A stretch of 44,951 nt of DNA from an uncultured Rickettsiales bacterium (lineage in GTDB: Bacteria; Myxococcota_A; UBA796; UBA9615). The notes beneath the pieces were generated by a model, which saw nothing but the letters and a program-made list of their open reading frames with translations, was not told the origin of the DNA and ran no database searches. Positions within the stretch are counted from its first letter, which is position 1. Each line of letters starts with the position of its first letter. A program made the translations under genes and the position numbers. Location of the stretch: NCBI GenBank assembly GCA_964492355.1, contig CAZBKF010000006.1:1-44951 (forward strand), given 5' to 3'. Of this stretch, positions 44,005-44,951 are shown in pieces.

Positions 44005-44865
44005 ATGCGCACGCCGACGTCGGAGCCGGGGGCCTCCTCACCCGCGCGCCGCGCGGTTCGCCTGCTCTTGCGCACCAACTTGTTCGTCACCGTCGGGGTC
44101 GTCGCGCTGACCTGGTACAGCGCCCGGATCGCGGGCCTGGAGCCCGGGATCGAGCTCCTCGTGGCCGCCGCGGGCACGCTGCTCGTCTACAACGTCGACC
44201 ACCTGCGGGACGACCGTCGTCGAATTCGGGACGGAGCCGGCCGGCCTCGCCTCGCGCTCGGCATGCGGTGGGGCCGGGTGGTGGGCGCGGCCGCCGCTCT
44301 GGCGACCGGGTTCGCCCTCGCTCCAGCGGAGGTGCTGTTCGCGTCTCTGCCCAGCGGTGCCCTCGGGCTGCTGTACGGAGCGGCTCTGGCGGGTCGGCGG
44401 CTCAAGGACCTGCCCGGAAGCAAGGCGTGGATCGTGGCCCTGGCCGTGACCTGGGCCACGGCCTCGCTGCCCCTGGCGGCGAACGGGATGAGCGTGACGG
44501 CCATCCGGCCGGATCTCTTCATGTTTCTCCTGGCCCTGACCGCCCTGAACGCCCACGCGTTCGATCTGCGGGACGAAGAGATCGATCGGGCGAGCGGAGC
44601 CTGGACCTGGGCGGTGAAGCTGGGCCCGGACCGGGCCCGCCGCCACATGGTCGGCGCGGCCATCGTGTTCGCCCTGCTCGCCGAGGGGTGGAGGCGGTGG
44701 CCAGGGAGCGATCTGCAGGCCAGCGACGGAACGGAGATGACGCTGACGTTCGCCTGCGTGGTCGCGGCCCTCGTCGCGACCCGTGGGGCGCTGTCCCGGG
44801 AGGCGTTCGGGCTGCTCTTCGACGGGCTGCTCCTGGTCCCGGCGGCGTACCTGCTGCTCAGCTGA
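44005..44865 (+). CDS. UbiA-superfamily prenyltransferase (membrane)
   Basis: Two Asp-rich motifs, NVDHLRDD and DLRDEEID, within about 8 TM helices. AGGAAGG RBS 4 nt upstream of the ATG. Confidence 0.8.
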   Translation: MRTPTSEPGASSPARRAVRLLLRTNLFVTVGVVALTWYSARIAGLEPGIELLVAAAGTLLVYNVDHLRDDRRRIRDGAGRPRLALGMRWGRVVGAAAALATGFALAPAEVLFASLPSGALGLLYGAALAGRRLKDLPGSKAWIVALAVTWATASLPLAANGMSVTAIRPDLFMFLLALTALNAHAFDLRDEEIDRASGAWTWAVKLGPDRARRHMVGAAIVFALLAEGWRRWPGSDLQASDGTEMTLTFACVVAALVATRGALSREAFGLLFDGLLLVPAAYLLLS

Positions 44866-44951
44866 GCCGACGGGCGAACCAGGATCGGTGCCACCGAGGG
44901 CCGAGCCCGAACACCCGGTGGTCCAGGCCCGCAGCCACGGCAAATCCCGCC

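Noticed and set aside
44858-44951. A possible 3' end of a minus-strand gene entering from the right window edge (..AGFAVAAGLDHRVFGLGPRWHRSWFARRLS, stop at 44858-44860).
   Set aside because: Only about 31 codons are visible and I recognise no motif. GC3 is suggestive, but this is not enough to call a feature.
1-44951. A search by eye for CRISPR arrays, IS elements and inverted terminal repeats, integrases, toxin-antitoxin pairs, restriction-modification or other known defence genes, and rRNA or tRNA genes.
   Set aside because: I found none. There are no regularly spaced direct repeats, no transposase, recombinase, nuclease, helicase or methyltransferase signatures, and no low-GC island beyond the two short promoter regions. 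A computational repeat and HMM scan is still needed to be certain.

Overview
The window is high-GC DNA (about 70% by eye, not computed) that is densely coding on both strands. I found no rRNA, tRNA, CRISPR array, integrase or transposase. Protein content points to a Myxococcota-like chromosome: an AgmX/PglI-type C-terminal tail domain, Cys-rich DCND..PG..E.C.G.D.DCDG repeats, a lamin-tail domain, many lipoproteins and a Ser/Thr kinase. This taxonomic placement is an inference. I support about 40 CDS. Core metabolism: pntA and pntB (transhydrogenase), a RamB/PrpR-like regulator divergent from aceB-aceA (glyoxylate shunt), an Amt ammonium channel and an acyl-CoA ligase. Accessory operons: (1) HpaB-family monooxygenase, CapA-like lipoprotein and FAD hydroxylase. 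(2) A chain of stop/start-overlapping genes from an Fpg/Nei glycosylase into exported hydrolases, which carries one or two apparent frame disruptions. (3) A TAT small subunit, GMC flavoprotein and SelO, with a Kv/RCK channel 31 nt downstream. (4) A GntR(YtrA-like) regulator, ABC ATPase, polytopic membrane protein and AlkD-like HEAT protein, behind a clear inverted-repeat operator. (5) A lipoprotein, a 755-aa orphan protein and a beta-lactamase-fold protein that has lost its catalytic motifs. I see no canonical defence or mobile system. The best candidates for undescribed biology are the SelO-linked flavoenzyme operon, the efflux plus DNA-adduct-repair cassette, and the exported three-gene module whose central gene appears to lack a canonical start codon. 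Gene starts were re-derived by hand from the ORF track using RBS position, signal peptides and stop/start overlaps. The long antisense 'shadow' ORFs typical of high-GC DNA were rejected.
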